From Trichothermofontia sichuanensis B231 (GTDB lineage: Bacteria > Cyanobacteriota > Cyanobacteriia > B231): a stretch of 24,000 bases of DNA. Position 1 is the first letter of the stretch, and every line of letters begins with the position of its first letter. Location: contig NZ_CP110848.1 of assembly GCF_026240635.1 (NCBI RefSeq), positions 2,785,741 through 2,809,740 of the forward strand, given 5' to 3'. Below are positions 9,964 to 19,854 of the stretch, one piece after another. Both the position numbers and the translations under genes were made by a program. The notes beneath the pieces are model-generated. The model worked only from the letters and a program-made list of their open reading frames with translations. It did not search any database and was not told the origin of the DNA.

Positions 9964-10299
9964 TTAGTAACGGCTTTGATTCGGCTTGTGGACAATAAAG
10001 CTGAGCACCTGACACTGCTTGATATTATCGAAGCCAACCACCCGCACAAAACAGTTGGAATATTCCGTGCGACAGGCGCGGATTTCCGCTAACACCTCAT
10101 CGGTCGAGCGGGCACCAAACAGGGGCAACTTCCACAGCGTCCAGAAGTGCTGCTTCGGTTCGGAGGTTTCGCTAAACTCCACGGCAGGGATATACCCCTG
10201 ATCCAGGATGTACTGGATCTGCCGCGTCATTTGGGCATCGGACAGGGGGGGCAGGTAGGACAGGGTTTCGTAGCGGCGCTCTTTAGGTAGCGTTTGCAT
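9964..10299 (-). CDS. rbcS: Ribulose bisphosphate carboxylase small subunit
   Basis: 111 aa from internal ATG at 10299: [42 protein letters not shown]...[12 protein letters not shown]-like core ([12 protein letters not shown]). The track ORF start at 10380 is upstream. Confidence 0.97.
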   Translation of the reverse strand: MQTLPKERRYETLSYLPPLSDAQMTRQIQYILDQGYIPAVEFSETSEPKQHFWTLWKLPLFGARSTDEVLAEIRACRTEYSNCFVRVVGFDNIKQCQVLSFIVHKPNQSRY

Positions 10300-10389
10300 A
10301 ATGTTCAATAACTCCCGAAATCTGAAAACGAAAAAACAAATCCAAAAACAAACCAAAACAAAGGCACACCTCGATCGCACCCCAGGGAG

Positions 10390-10800
10390 TTAACCCTCCG
10401 GGTTAAGGTCTGGGGTATCCGCGTCATCAATGGCTTCCGGATGGGAATTGGCCGCTTGCAGGCTTAATTGGGTGATCCGCTCCAAAAACTGACGGCGGTG
10501 CTCCATATTGGACTGTTGGATGCCCGTTTGCACCATTTCTGGCAGGAAACTGGTAACTTCCTCCGCCAGATGGGCACGCAGGGTCATAATCCGCAACGCC
10601 AATTCCGGGCTGGCCAACCCCAACGCCTCCAGATAGACTTCACCATCCTGAATTTTGTCCTGACCGGAAAACTGACTGAGCCAGATGGCCTGGGGTGGGT
10701 TCGTCTCACTCAACTGGGCAATCACCGTGCGCACGGCCTGGTAGGTCAGATAGCTCATCAGGACCTTCGCCGTATCCTTGGCAATTTGCTTTAAGTTCAT
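10390..10800 (-). CDS. rbcX: Rubisco assembly chaperone RbcX
   Basis: 136 aa from ATG at 10800: MNLKQIAKDTAKVLMSYLTYQAVRTVIAQLSETNPPQAIWLSQFSG...DGEVYLEAL. Located between rbcL and rbcS. The track's upstream extension is not RbcX-like and reaches into the rbcL end region. Confidence 0.95.
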   Translation of the reverse strand: MNLKQIAKDTAKVLMSYLTYQAVRTVIAQLSETNPPQAIWLSQFSGQDKIQDGEVYLEALGLASPELALRIMTLRAHLAEEVTSFLPEMVQTGIQQSNMEHRRQFLERITQLSLQAANSHPEAIDDADTPDLNPEG

Positions 10801-10880
10801 AGTCCCCACCCCATAAGCATGAAGAACGTCTGGTGAAGGGTGAGTATAAATGCTCCAACCTTCCCATTCTGCATTCAGAC

Positions 10881-12311
10881 TTACAGCGTGTCCATCGCCT
10901 CGAACTCGAACTTGATTTCCTTCCACAGTTCGCAGGCAGCAGCCAACTCCGGTGACCACTTGGCGGCTTCGCGGATCACATCTCCCCCTTCGCGGAAGAG
11001 GTTGCGACCTTCATTACGAGCCTGGATACAGGCTTCCAGCGCCACCCGGTTAGCAGTCGCACCAGGCGCATTCCCCCAGGGGTGACCCAGGGTACCACCA
11101 CCGAATTGCAGGCAGGAGTCATCACCGAAGATTTCCACCAACGCAGGCATGTGCCACACGTGAATCCCACCAGAGGCTACCGGCATCACACCGGGCATGG
11201 AGGCCCAATCCTGGGTGAAGAAGATGCCACGGGCGCGATCGGCTTCAATGTGGTCTTCGCGCATCAGGTCTACGAAGCCCATGGTGATGTTCTGTTCACC
11301 TTCGAGCTTACCAACGACGGTCCCGGAGTGCAGGTGGTCACCACCGGACATCCGCAAACACTTGGCCAATACCCGGAAGTGAATCCCGTGGTTACGCTGA
11401 CGGTCGATGACCGCGTGCATGGCGCGGTGGATGTGCAGCAGCAGACCGTTATCGCGGCAATAGCGGGCCAGGGTGGTGTTGGCCGTAAAACCGCCGGTCA
11501 GGAAGTCGTGCATGATGATCGGGGTGCCAATTTCCTTGGCAAATTCCGCCCGCTTCAGCATTTCTTCGCAGGTGGGGGCCGTTACGTTCAGATAGTGACC
11601 CTTGATTTCCCCGGTTTCAGCCTGCGCCTTTTCGATGGCTTCCTGCACAAACAAGAAGCGATCGCGCCAGCGCATGAAGGGCTGGGAGTTAATGTTTTCG
11701 TCGTCCTTGGTGAAGTCCAGACCACCGCGCAAACATTCGTACACGGCACGACCATAGTTCTTGGCCGACAGACCCAGCTTTGGCTTGATCGTACAACCCA
11801 GCAGCGGACGGCCATACTTGTTCAGCTTGTCACGCTCAACTTGAATCCCGTGGGGCGGGCCTTGGAAGGTCTTCAGGTAGGCAATGGGAATCCGCAGGTC
11901 TTCCAACCGCAGGGCACGCAGGGCCTTAAAACCAAATACGTTCCCCACGATCGAGGTCAGCATATTGGTGACCGACCCTTCTTCAAACAGGTCAAGGGGA
12001 TAGGCCACATAGCAGAAGTATTGATTGTCTTCACCAGGAACAGGCTCAATGTCGTAGCAACGGCCCTTGTAGCGATCGAGGTCGGTTAACAGGTCCGTCC
12101 AAACGGTAGTCCACGTCCCGGTGGAGGATTCTGCTGCCACGGCAGCACCCGCTTCTTCCGGGGGGACACCCGGTTGAGGCGTAACCCGGAAAGCAGCCAA
12201 AACATCGGTGTCCTTGGGGGTGTAGTCCGGTGTGTAGTAGGTCAGTTTGTAGTCCTTTACCCCCGCTTGATAGCCGGCTTTGGACGAAGTTTTAGTTTGC
12301 GCGTAAGACAT
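10881..12311 (-). CDS. rbcL: Ribulose bisphosphate carboxylase large subunit, Form I
   Basis: 476 aa with [20 protein letters not shown] behind a GGAAAGGA Shine-Dalgarno, and typical RbcL N- and C-termini. Confidence 0.99.
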   Translation of the reverse strand: MSYAQTKTSSKAGYQAGVKDYKLTYYTPDYTPKDTDVLAAFRVTPQPGVPPEEAGAAVAAESSTGTWTTVWTDLLTDLDRYKGRCYDIEPVPGEDNQYFCYVAYPLDLFEEGSVTNMLTSIVGNVFGFKALRALRLEDLRIPIAYLKTFQGPPHGIQVERDKLNKYGRPLLGCTIKPKLGLSAKNYGRAVYECLRGGLDFTKDDENINSQPFMRWRDRFLFVQEAIEKAQAETGEIKGHYLNVTAPTCEEMLKRAEFAKEIGTPIIMHDFLTGGFTANTTLARYCRDNGLLLHIHRAMHAVIDRQRNHGIHFRVLAKCLRMSGGDHLHSGTVVGKLEGEQNITMGFVDLMREDHIEADRARGIFFTQDWASMPGVMPVASGGIHVWHMPALVEIFGDDSCLQFGGGTLGHPWGNAPGATANRVALEACIQARNEGRNLFREGGDVIREAAKWSPELAAACELWKEIKFEFEAMDTL

Positions 12312-12381
12312 AAGTTCCTTTCCTGCGAATAGTGCGACTTCAGGTTCAAGGTGTCAGGTGACAAAATGGACCTGCTCCCTC

Positions 12382-12409
12382 TTGTGATCGATGTTGTGTT
12401 GTGATCGAT
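12382..12409. promoter_or_regulatory. Direct repeat TTGTGATCGAT x2 upstream of rbcL
   Basis: TTGTGATCGAT at 12382-12392 and 12399-12409, 17 nt start to start, about 70-100 nt upstream of the rbcL ATG. Confidence 0.3.
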
Positions 12410-12914
12410 ATCTGATGGCGCGATAGGACAGCAAAGCATCGCTTATGCGCTAAGCGTTACCTTGATCCCATCCCCTCTGCCAAGCATTCCAGGGCGATCG
12501 CCTTGAATGGCTGACTATCGATGCAAAACAGAATGCCAGCTTTTACTAGGTCAACCAAATTTCATTGTCGTTAAGCTGTCCGATCTTAAGAATATCAGTA
12601 ATGGCATTCTGAAAGGTTTAGTTTTTTCAAGCCAGTGAATAAGTTTGATTTATTTTCAAGCAGTCTGATTGTGCACTCAATTTTATATGTACCTGTTGAA
12701 TAAAATTTAAATTTTTGTCAAGTTTTATGAGAAATATGTGACGTGACCGGCGCTGAGGGGGGGTAGGGGGGAGGGGTAAGCGTGTTAGTTAGCAGACCGG
12801 GCACGTGATCGGTCTGGCAGGTCGGAGTAGCGGTTCAACTTGAAAAATTTGACGAATTATGCCTTTATGGCAATACTTTGGGCAGTAGAGAAGAGTAGCC
12901 ACCGAGAAACGATC

Positions 12915-14036
12915 ATGCGCCCTGCCTTTTGGTTTCGTCTGGTTCCCCTGCTGACCCTGCTCAGCGTGATCTTTGCACCCATCGGTCTGGCTCAGGTGCG
13001 GGAACGGCGACCCACTACGGCCCCTCGGGTTACGCCTGATCCGTTCAACGAGCAGGTGGAATCGACCACGATTTTTAGTCCTGACCCACCACCACCGGGG
13101 ATTGATCCGCTGCCCCCGGAACGGTTGCGTCTGGAGCCGGAATCGTTGGGGGTTGATCGCCGCATCAGTGCTCTTTATCCCGATGCCCACCGGGGGGGTC
13201 TCTGGGTGGCTTCCTGGCAGGGGTTAGCCAAAATCAGTCCCCAAACGGGGCGGATCTATGCCCGCATTCATTTACCGAACGTGACGATCGGGGCATTAGT
13301 ACAGGACAAGGTGGGTCGCCTCTGGGTGGGGACCTACGACGGCTTGAAGCGGATTGATCCGCGCACCCAGGAGATTACGGCGCAAAACTTTTTTATGCCC
13401 TCAAATCGGGTGCTTTCCCTACTTATTGACCATCGTGGCTTTCTCTGGGTGGGCAGCGATCGCGGGTTGAGCATGATCAGTCCTGATCAGGGGTTACTGA
13501 TGACGACGCTCCAGGTCTTACCGGGGGTGAGTGCCAATGCCCTCAGCCTTGATCCCGATCGTAACTTGTGGGTTGGCACGCTCGAAGGTTTGGTCAAGGT
13601 GAACACGGCCAATGCCTATATCCTGCAACGGGTCGGGAATTTACCCGGCAGTACAGTTCAGGCGATCGCCTTGAGTCCGCGGGGGGTGTTGTGGGTGGGG
13701 ACACCGAGTGCCTTATTGGAGATCGACTACAAGACGGGCGAAGTGGTGCGCTCAGTGACCGCCTTTCGCAATCGGAATGTGACCGCGATCGGGTTCAATG
13801 GCCGCAACCAAAATCTGTGGGTGGGGACGACCAATGGGTTATTTGAAGTGAATCCCTACAACGGCGCGATCGTCAGCCAAATCCGGGATCTGCCCTCCAG
13901 TCATATTTTGAGCATCACTCCCGATGTCGGCGGCAAAAAACTCTGGGTCGGTACCCGCGAAGGACTCGCCTGGGTGAGCATGACCAGCGATCGGGCCAAA
14001 CCCCATTTAACTTTCAATCAACTCAGCCCCCCCTAG
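12915..14036 (+). CDS. Secreted or anchored protein with seven two-component-regulator-type beta-propeller repeats
   Basis: ATG at 12915 gives a signal-like N-terminus MRPAFWFRLVPLLTLLSVIFAPIGLAQ. Seven repeats follow: GLWVASWQGL, RLWVGTYDGL, FLWVGSDRGL, NLWVGTLEGL, VLWVGTPSAL, NLWVGTTNGL, KLWVGTREGL. Confidence 0.85.
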   Translation: MRPAFWFRLVPLLTLLSVIFAPIGLAQVRERRPTTAPRVTPDPFNEQVESTTIFSPDPPPPGIDPLPPERLRLEPESLGVDRRISALYPDAHRGGLWVASWQGLAKISPQTGRIYARIHLPNVTIGALVQDKVGRLWVGTYDGLKRIDPRTQEITAQNFFMPSNRVLSLLIDHRGFLWVGSDRGLSMISPDQGLLMTTLQVLPGVSANALSLDPDRNLWVGTLEGLVKVNTANAYILQRVGNLPGSTVQAIALSPRGVLWVGTPSALLEIDYKTGEVVRSVTAFRNRNVTAIGFNGRNQNLWVGTTNGLFEVNPYNGAIVSQIRDLPSSHILSITPDVGGKKLWVGTREGLAWVSMTSDRAKPHLTFNQLSPP

Positions 14037-14050
14037 TCCAGTCCTTAGGG

Positions 14051-14077
14051 GTGTTCTTCGTGTCCTTGGTGTCTTTG
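14051..14077. repeat. Degenerate 9-nt tandem repeat (x3)
   Basis: GTGTTCTTC / GTGTCCTTG / GTGTCTTTG in tandem. Confidence 0.5.
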
Positions 14078-14099
14078 TGGTTTTCCGCCCCCCTCATCC

Positions 14100-15032
14100 T
14101 CACTCACCTTCCCCCGCATGGTACGAACTCCGCACCAACGGCCCCGATCGCACCTGGCTAAACCCCAAATCACGAGCTACCCGCCCCAAAGACTCAAACT
14201 CCGCCGGCGTCCAATAGCGGCGCACTGGCAAATGGCGCAGAGAAGGTTGTAAATATTGCCCCAACGTCAGGCGATCGCAGCCCACCGCCCGCAAATCCTG
14301 CATTGCCTCAATCACTTCCGCCTCTGTTTCCCCATGCCCCAACATCAGACCCGATTTGGTGGGTATCCCAGGATTGATCTGCTTAACCAAAGACAAGACC
14401 CGAAGCGAGCGATCGTAACTAGCCCCCCGCCGCACAGGCCGCTGAAGCCGCCGCACCGTTTCGATATTGTGGTTATAGCAAGCCGGTGTCGCCGCCACCA
14501 CCGTTTGCACCCGATCAGCCTGGGCTTGTGCCGCCAGAGCGCGATCGCCATACCCCCCCCAGAAATCCGGCGTCAGCACCTCAATCTGGGTCTGGGGATT
14601 GCGCTCGCGAATCGCCGCGATCGTCGCCACAAAGTGACCCGCCCCCTGATCCGGCAGATCATCCCGCGCCACCGCCGTCAACACCACATACCGTAGCCCC
14701 AGAAGGTGGACTGCCTCAGCAATTTTAGTCGGCTCATCAGCATCTAAGGGCATTGGCGCGTGTCCCTTATCCACCTGGCAGAAGGCGCAGGCACGGGTAC
14801 AGGTTGGTCCCATTAATAAAAAAGTTGCGGTTCCCTGGGCATAGCATTCTGCCCGATTGGGACAGCGCCCCTCCTCGCAGATGGTGTGGATCTGGCGTTG
14901 CTTGATAATCCGCTGCACCGTGGACAGAGCGCTGGCGCGACCGAGCGGGCGTTTTAACCAGGGGGGCAAAGGGGTTGTTGGGAGGGCCGTTGGCGATCGG
15001 GTCTCTTTAGCAGGCGATCGAGAGACGGTCAT
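14100..15032 (-). CDS. lipA: Lipoyl synthase (radical SAM)
   Basis: [12 protein letters not shown] plus the radical-SAM motif [10 protein letters not shown], and [12 protein letters not shown]. The start is placed at ATG 15032 ([10 protein letters not shown]); the track ORF extends to 15104. Confidence 0.93.
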   Translation of the reverse strand: MTVSRSPAKETRSPTALPTTPLPPWLKRPLGRASALSTVQRIIKQRQIHTICEEGRCPNRAECYAQGTATFLLMGPTCTRACAFCQVDKGHAPMPLDADEPTKIAEAVHLLGLRYVVLTAVARDDLPDQGAGHFVATIAAIRERNPQTQIEVLTPDFWGGYGDRALAAQAQADRVQTVVAATPACYNHNIETVRRLQRPVRRGASYDRSLRVLSLVKQINPGIPTKSGLMLGHGETEAEVIEAMQDLRAVGCDRLTLGQYLQPSLRHLPVRRYWTPAEFESLGRVARDLGFSQVRSGPLVRSSYHAGEGE

Positions 15033-15368
15033 GATAGGGGGGATCCTCGTAGCAGTATCACAGAAGCTGGGCAAACCCGATCCAGGTGAGGCTTCTAAAC
15101 ACATATTAAAGAGTCAAGCTCTTGAGTAGAGGCTCCCTACCGCCCATTTTTTAAACCTGGCCCCATTTCCTAAACAGGATGGTTAGAATTGGTGGGGCAT
15201 TTGGTAATGCCTGTTAGGATCGTCGGTGCAATACTGATGCGCCTCCCAAAAGCTAAAATGCTGGCAAGGGGTCTGGTTCAAGGGTTTGGGGTCAAGGTAA
15301 CCTCAGCGTGGACCTGATAAAGAGATCAGTACAGTGCACAGTTTTGACCATCAGCAGAGGGTTTCGGC

Positions 15369-15929
15369 GTGGCGACACATAAAATCCTGGTTATTGATGA
15401 CAGTCGCGTCATTCGCATGCGGGTACGGGAAATGTTGCCGGAGGGCGACTTTGAAATTCTGGAAGCCAAGGATGGGGTGGAGGGCCTCAACCTGATTAAC
15501 CAGGTGCATCCGAATTTGATTATGTTGGACTTCCTGCTTCCCCGCATGAGTGGTTGGGAGGTTTACCAACAGATTCAAAGCCATGCGGACCTACAACTCA
15601 TCCCCTTAGTGCTCATGTCCGGGCGTAAGGAAGAGGTGACTGAAAAAATCCCGGAACCCTTTGAGCATTTTGAGTTTATTGAAAAGCCGTTTGAACGCAA
15701 GGCCCTCATCGAAGCCATCCGGGAGGCCATGCGCAAGGCGTCAGAGTTACGTCGCCAGCGCGAGCGCGAAGCCGCTGCCGCCGCGCCAGTGGCAGTGGGA
15801 ACAGGAGCATCCGCAGATGTACAAGCGTTAACCCAGCGGATTGAACACCTAGAACAAGAAGTCGCCACGTTGAAGAAGCAGATGGGACAGTTGTTAATGT
15901 TTATTAAGCAGCGCCTAGGCAGCAAATAA
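15369..15929 (+). CDS. Response regulator: CheY-like receiver plus C-terminal coiled coil
   Basis: GTG start. Receiver landmarks ILVIDDSRVIRMRVREML, NLIMLDFLLPRMSGWE, VLMSG, FIEKPF, then an Ala-rich linker and a heptad-like tail (LTQRIEHLEQEVATLKKQMGQLL). Confidence 0.9.
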   Translation: MATHKILVIDDSRVIRMRVREMLPEGDFEILEAKDGVEGLNLINQVHPNLIMLDFLLPRMSGWEVYQQIQSHADLQLIPLVLMSGRKEEVTEKIPEPFEHFEFIEKPFERKALIEAIREAMRKASELRRQREREAAAAAPVAVGTGASADVQALTQRIEHLEQEVATLKKQMGQLLMFIKQRLGSK

Positions 15930-15938
15930 GCGATCGGG

Positions 15939-16535
15939 TTAGTCTAGGTCCCGCCGTCCCTCTAACGCACGGGCTAGGGTCACCTCATCGGCATATTCCA
16001 GATCTCCCCCCATCGGCAGACCAAAGGCAATCCGAGTCACGCGGGTGAAGGGTTTGAGCAGGTGGCCGACATAGAGGGTGGTTGTTTCTCCCTCAACGCT
16101 GGGGCTAATTGCCAGAATCACCTCTTTAATCTTGCCCTCGCTAACCCGCCGGACTAACGGTTGCAGGTTAAGCTGCTCTGGGCCAATGCCATCCATCGGC
16201 GAAATGACCCCGCCCAAGACGTGGTATTTACCCCGGTATTCGCGGGTGCGTTCTAGGGCGATCACATCGCGGGAATCGGCGACGACGCAGAGGGTTTCAC
16301 TATCCCGATTGGGATTACGACAGATTTCGCATACGGGTTCCGCCGATAGGTGAAAACAGACAGAACAAAGCCCTACCTGTTGCTTGGCCTCCACCAGGGC
16401 TTGGGCGAGGGCCTGGATCTCAGTCAGGGGCCGTTTGATCAGGTAGAGGGCTAGCCGTTGGGCGGTTTTAGGACCAATCCCTGGCAAGCGTTGCAATTGC
16501 TCAATCAATCGAGCGAGGGGAGGGGTGTAAACCGT
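15939..16535 (-). CDS. recR: Recombination protein RecR, with probable ACG initiation codon
   Basis: [21 protein letters not shown]-x2-C-x8-C-x2-C-type zinc finger ([16 protein letters not shown]), Toprim region. Coding similarity runs upstream of the track's TTG (16508) as ACG-GTT-TAC-ACC-CCT-CCC-CTC-GCT-CGA (TVYTPPLAR), preceded by AAGGAG (16548-16543). Confidence 0.93.
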   Translation of the reverse strand, partial: TVYTPPLARLIEQLQRLPGIGPKTAQRLALYLIKRPLTEIQALAQALVEAKQQVGLCSVCFHLSAEPVCEICRNPNRDSETLCVVADSRDVIALERTREYRGKYHVLGGVISPMDGIGPEQLNLQPLVRRVSEGKIKEVILAISPSVEGETTTLYVGHLLKPFTRVTRIAFGLPMGGDLEYADEVTLARALEGRRDLD

Positions 16536-16587
16536 GGGTGTGCTCCTTGTCTACACTAGATTGTCTACAGATTGTCTACGTTAGAGA

Positions 16588-17154
16588 TTAAATACCTTCA
16601 AGGGGAACGCCCAAAAAACGGGCCAGTTCCGCGCCTTGCTGTTCAATTTCGGCCAAGGGTAGGGGCTGCCCAACACGGGTCAGGGGGATTTCCCGGCGAT
16701 TTTTGAGCTTCAGGTAGAGGGTTCGCTTTGGATTCAGGCCCTCGCGAATTTCTACCCGGATCGACTGGATATCCTCTAAGGTGCAGTCGAACTCGACCCG
16801 ACGGTTTTTGCCGGGATAGCCCCAGCGCACGATTTGGATTTGATTAGCTTTGCGATCGAAGTGATTATAGCCACCTCCCACATCCCAAGCGATCGCAAAC
16901 CAGAGGTACAGCGCCAAGAGGATTCCCGCTGCACCGTAAAGGCCCATCACCAGTCCCTGCGGTATAAATACCAGTGCCGTTGGGTCAGAAAATGGGAGAA
17001 GATTAACGTGGAGGTAGCTGGAGATCCCGGACAACAGGAAGCCCGTGGCACCCACCGAGATCACCGTTGCCCAGAATAAGTTGCTGAAACGACGGGACCC
17101 CAGCACGGGCTGGTGGAGCACGTCAGTATCTTTAGAGACGGTCTGTGCCTTCAT
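16588..17154 (-). CDS. ycf4: Photosystem I assembly protein Ycf4
   Basis: 188 aa with two N-terminal transmembrane segments, AWDVGGGYNHFDRKANQIQIVRWGYPGKNRR, and VRVEIREGLNPKR-like IRVEIREGLNPKR. Divergent from psbD. Confidence 0.92.
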   Translation of the reverse strand: MKAQTVSKDTDVLHQPVLGSRRFSNLFWATVISVGATGFLLSGISSYLHVNLLPFSDPTALVFIPQGLVMGLYGAAGILLALYLWFAIAWDVGGGYNHFDRKANQIQIVRWGYPGKNRRVEFDCTLEDIQSIRVEIREGLNPKRTLYLKLKNRREIPLTRVGQPLPLAEIEQQGAELARFLGVPLEGI

Positions 17155-17240
17155 AAACTTGACAAATCTGCAAACGAGGTTACCGAACGATATGCCCCCA
17201 GTCCAGTGGCAGGGCGTTTGCCCTTAGATTACGTGAACTT

Positions 17241-17268
17241 TGTTACGGGTTAGGCGCAGGTTATTCTA
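17241..17268 (+). promoter_or_regulatory. Candidate sigma70-type promoter for psbD
   Basis: TTGTTA (17241-17246), 16-nt spacer, TATTCT (17263-17268), about 57 nt upstream of the psbD ATG. Confidence 0.35.
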
Positions 17269-17325
17269 TAGATATGTTAACTTACTTAGAAACCTCACAA
17301 TTCTGGTATTGCAAGAGGATTTGAC

Positions 17326-18384
17326 ATGACCATTGCAGTGGGTCGTGCGAGTGCCAGTCGGGGATGGTTCGACGTTCTCGATGACTGGCTAAAGCGCGAT
17401 AGATTCGTCTTTGTCGGCTGGTCAGGTCTGCTGCTGTTCCCCTGTGCCTACTTGGCCCTGGGCGGCTGGCTGACCGGAACCACCTTTGTCACGTCCTGGT
17501 ATACCCACGGACTCGCCTCCTCCTACCTGGAAGGCTGCAATTTCCTCACCGTGGCTGTCTCGACGCCACCCGATAGCCTGGGGCACTCCCTGCTGTTCCT
17601 CTGGGGACCGGAAGCCCAGGGCAATTTCACCCGCTGGTGCCAACTCGGCGGCCTGTGGACCTTTGTGGCGCTGCACGGGGCCTTCGGGCTGATTGGCTTC
17701 ATGCTGCGCCAGTTTGAAATCGCTCGGCTGGTGGGTCTGCGCCCCTACAACGCCATCGCCTTTTCGGCCCCGATCGCCGTCTTCGTAAGCGTGTTTTTGA
17801 TGTACCCGCTGGGGCAATCGAGTTGGTTCTTTGCCCCTAGCTTTGGCGTGGCGGCGATTTTCCGCTTCCTGCTGTTTTTGCAAGGGTTCCACAACTGGAC
17901 GCTCAATCCCTTCCACATGATGGGGGTAGCCGGTGTCCTTGGTGGTGCCCTGCTGTGTGCAATTCACGGGGCGACGGTGGAGAACACCCTGTTTGAAGAT
18001 GGCGAAGGGGCCAATACCTTCCGCGCCTTCACGCCGACGCAATCGGAGGAAACCTACTCGATGGTGACGGCGAACCGCTTCTGGTCGCAGATTTTCGGGA
18101 TTGCCTTTTCCAACAAGCGTTGGTTGCACTTTTTCATGTTGTTTGTGCCCGTGATGGGGCTGTGGATGAGTGCGGTTGGCATTGTCGGTTTGGCGCTGAA
18201 CCTGCGGGCTTATGACTTTGTGAGCCAGGAGATTCGGGCTGCCGAAGACCCTGAGTTTGAGACGTTCTACACCAAGAACATTCTGCTCAACGAGGGTCTA
18301 CGGGCTTGGATGGCTCCCCAAGACCAACCCCATGAACATTTTGTCTTCCCTGAGGAGGTTTTACCCCGTGGAAACGCCCTTTAA
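17326..18384 (+). CDS. psbD: Photosystem II D2 protein
   Basis: 352 aa: [42 protein letters not shown]...[23 protein letters not shown]. Confidence 0.99.
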   Translation: MTIAVGRASASRGWFDVLDDWLKRDRFVFVGWSGLLLFPCAYLALGGWLTGTTFVTSWYTHGLASSYLEGCNFLTVAVSTPPDSLGHSLLFLWGPEAQGNFTRWCQLGGLWTFVALHGAFGLIGFMLRQFEIARLVGLRPYNAIAFSAPIAVFVSVFLMYPLGQSSWFFAPSFGVAAIFRFLLFLQGFHNWTLNPFHMMGVAGVLGGALLCAIHGATVENTLFEDGEGANTFRAFTPTQSEETYSMVTANRFWSQIFGIAFSNKRWLHFFMLFVPVMGLWMSAVGIVGLALNLRAYDFVSQEIRAAEDPEFETFYTKNILLNEGLRAWMAPQDQPHEHFVFPEEVLPRGNAL

Positions 18385-19756
18385 CAGTTCTCTAGTAATG
18401 GGTGGCGGTCGCGACCAGGAATCCTCCGGCTTTGCCTGGTGGGCTGGTAACGCACGCCTGATCAACCTGTCCGGTAAACTGCTGGGTGCCCACGTCGCCC
18501 ATGCCGGTCTGATTGTTTTCTGGGCTGGGGCCATGACCCTGTTTGAAGTAGCCCACTACATTCCTGAAAAGCCCATGTATGAACAGGGCTGTATTTTGAT
18601 CCCCCACCTAGCGACGCTGGGTTGGGGGGTTGGTCCCGGTGGTGAAGTGGTGGATACCTTCCCCTACTTCGTCATTGGTGTACTGCACTTAGTATCCTCG
18701 GCGGTGCTGGGTTTAGGTGGGATTTACCACACTCTGCGCGGTCCGGAGGTGCTGGAAGATTACTCCGCTTTCTTCGGCTATGACTGGCGCGATAAGAACA
18801 AGATGACCACTATCATCGGTATTCACCTGATCCTGTTGGGTTTGGGTGCATTCCTGCTGGTGGCCAAGGCAATGTTCTTTGGTGGTGTCTATGATACCTG
18901 GGCACCGGGCGGTGGTGATGTCCGCATCATCAGCAACCCGACTCTGAACCCCGCCATTATTTTTGGCTATCTGGTGAAGTCACCCTTTGGCGGTGAAGGT
19001 TGGATTGTTGGCGTCAACAACATGGAAGATGTGATCGGTGGTCATATTTGGATCGGCCTGATCTGCATTTCCGGGGGTGTTTGGCACATTCTGACCCAGC
19101 CCTTTGGGTGGGTACGTCGCGCCTTTGTCTGGTCTGGCGAAGCCTACCTCTCTTACAGCCTCGGTGCGTTGTCGCTGATGGGCTTTATTGCCTCCTGTAT
19201 GGTGTGGTTCAACAATACGGTCTATCCGAGTGAATTCTATGGCCCCACCAATGCGGAAGCCTCCCAAGCGCAGTCCTTTGTGTTCCTGGCCCGTGACCAA
19301 AAGCTGGGTGCTAACATTGCCTCGGCCCAAGGTCCGACTGGTCTGGGTAAATACCTGATGCGATCGCCGACGGGTGAAATCATCTTCGGGGGTGAAACCA
19401 TGCGCTTCTGGGATTTCCGGGGGCCGTGGCTGGAGCCATTCCGGGGGCCGAATGGTCTGGATCTGGACAAGCTGAAGAATGACATCCAGCCCTGGCAGAT
19501 CCGTCGGGCGGCTGAGTACATGACCCATGCACCGAACGGGTCGATCAACTCGGTGGGTGGCATCATCACGGAACCCAACGCGTTCAACTATGTGAACCCC
19601 CGTGCCTGGTTGGCGACTTCCCACTTTGTGCTGGCGTTCTTCTTCCTCGTCGGTCACCTCTGGCACGCTGGTCGTGCCCGTGCAGCGGCGGCTGGTTTTG
19701 AGAAGGGGATCGATCGCGAGAACGAACCTGTACTAGCGATGGGCGATCTTGACTAG
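18368..19756 (+). CDS. psbC: Photosystem II CP43 protein
   Basis: 462 aa from GTG at 18368 ([48 protein letters not shown]), overlapping psbD by 17 nt. The track ORF begins upstream, out of frame inside psbD. Confidence 0.98.
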   Translation: METPFNSSLVMGGGRDQESSGFAWWAGNARLINLSGKLLGAHVAHAGLIVFWAGAMTLFEVAHYIPEKPMYEQGCILIPHLATLGWGVGPGGEVVDTFPYFVIGVLHLVSSAVLGLGGIYHTLRGPEVLEDYSAFFGYDWRDKNKMTTIIGIHLILLGLGAFLLVAKAMFFGGVYDTWAPGGGDVRIISNPTLNPAIIFGYLVKSPFGGEGWIVGVNNMEDVIGGHIWIGLICISGGVWHILTQPFGWVRRAFVWSGEAYLSYSLGALSLMGFIASCMVWFNNTVYPSEFYGPTNAEASQAQSFVFLARDQKLGANIASAQGPTGLGKYLMRSPTGEIIFGGETMRFWDFRGPWLEPFRGPNGLDLDKLKNDIQPWQIRRAAEYMTHAPNGSINSVGGIITEPNAFNYVNPRAWLATSHFVLAFFFLVGHLWHAGRARAAAAGFEKGIDRENEPVLAMGDLD

Positions 19757-19799
19757 GACGTATCCCTAGGCAGCGATCGACCTGGAATCCATTTCAGAC

Positions 19800-19834
19800 A
19801 ATCTCTCAGTCCCCAGGGATTGGGAGATTTTTTA
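19800..19834 (+). terminator. Rho-independent terminator of psbDC
   Basis: AATCTCTCAGTCCC-CA-GGGATTGGGAGATT pairs over its length with some G-U wobble, followed by TTTTTA, about 45 nt after the psbC stop. Confidence 0.8.
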
Positions 19835-19854
19835 TTGGTTTAGGGTTAGGGGTG

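Noticed and set aside
10801-10959. N-terminal extension of the rbcX ORF ([15 protein letters not shown]...)
   Set aside because: Not RbcX-like and reaches back into the 3' part of rbcL. The conserved protein starts at MNLKQIAKDTAK (ATG at 10800).
11082-12089. 335-aa plus-strand ORF
   Set aside because: Exactly antisense to rbcL. The translation is His/Val-rich low-plausibility sequence, a codon-bias artefact of a highly expressed gene.
15369-15929. Two-component system with the propeller protein
   Set aside because: No histidine kinase is visible and the two genes are separated by divergent lipA. Proximity alone is insufficient to call a system.
17422-18129. 235-aa minus-strand ORF
   Set aside because: Antisense to psbD, with no recognisable domain or composition typical of a real protein.
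18257-18367. 111-nt upstream extension of the psbC ORF
   Set aside because: Out-of-frame reading of psbD. CP43 homology begins at the GTG at 18368; the 17-nt overlap is the normal psbD/psbC arrangement, not a novelty.
18980-19666. 228-aa minus-strand ORF
   Set aside because: Antisense to psbC. Same artefact as the rbcL and psbD mirrors.
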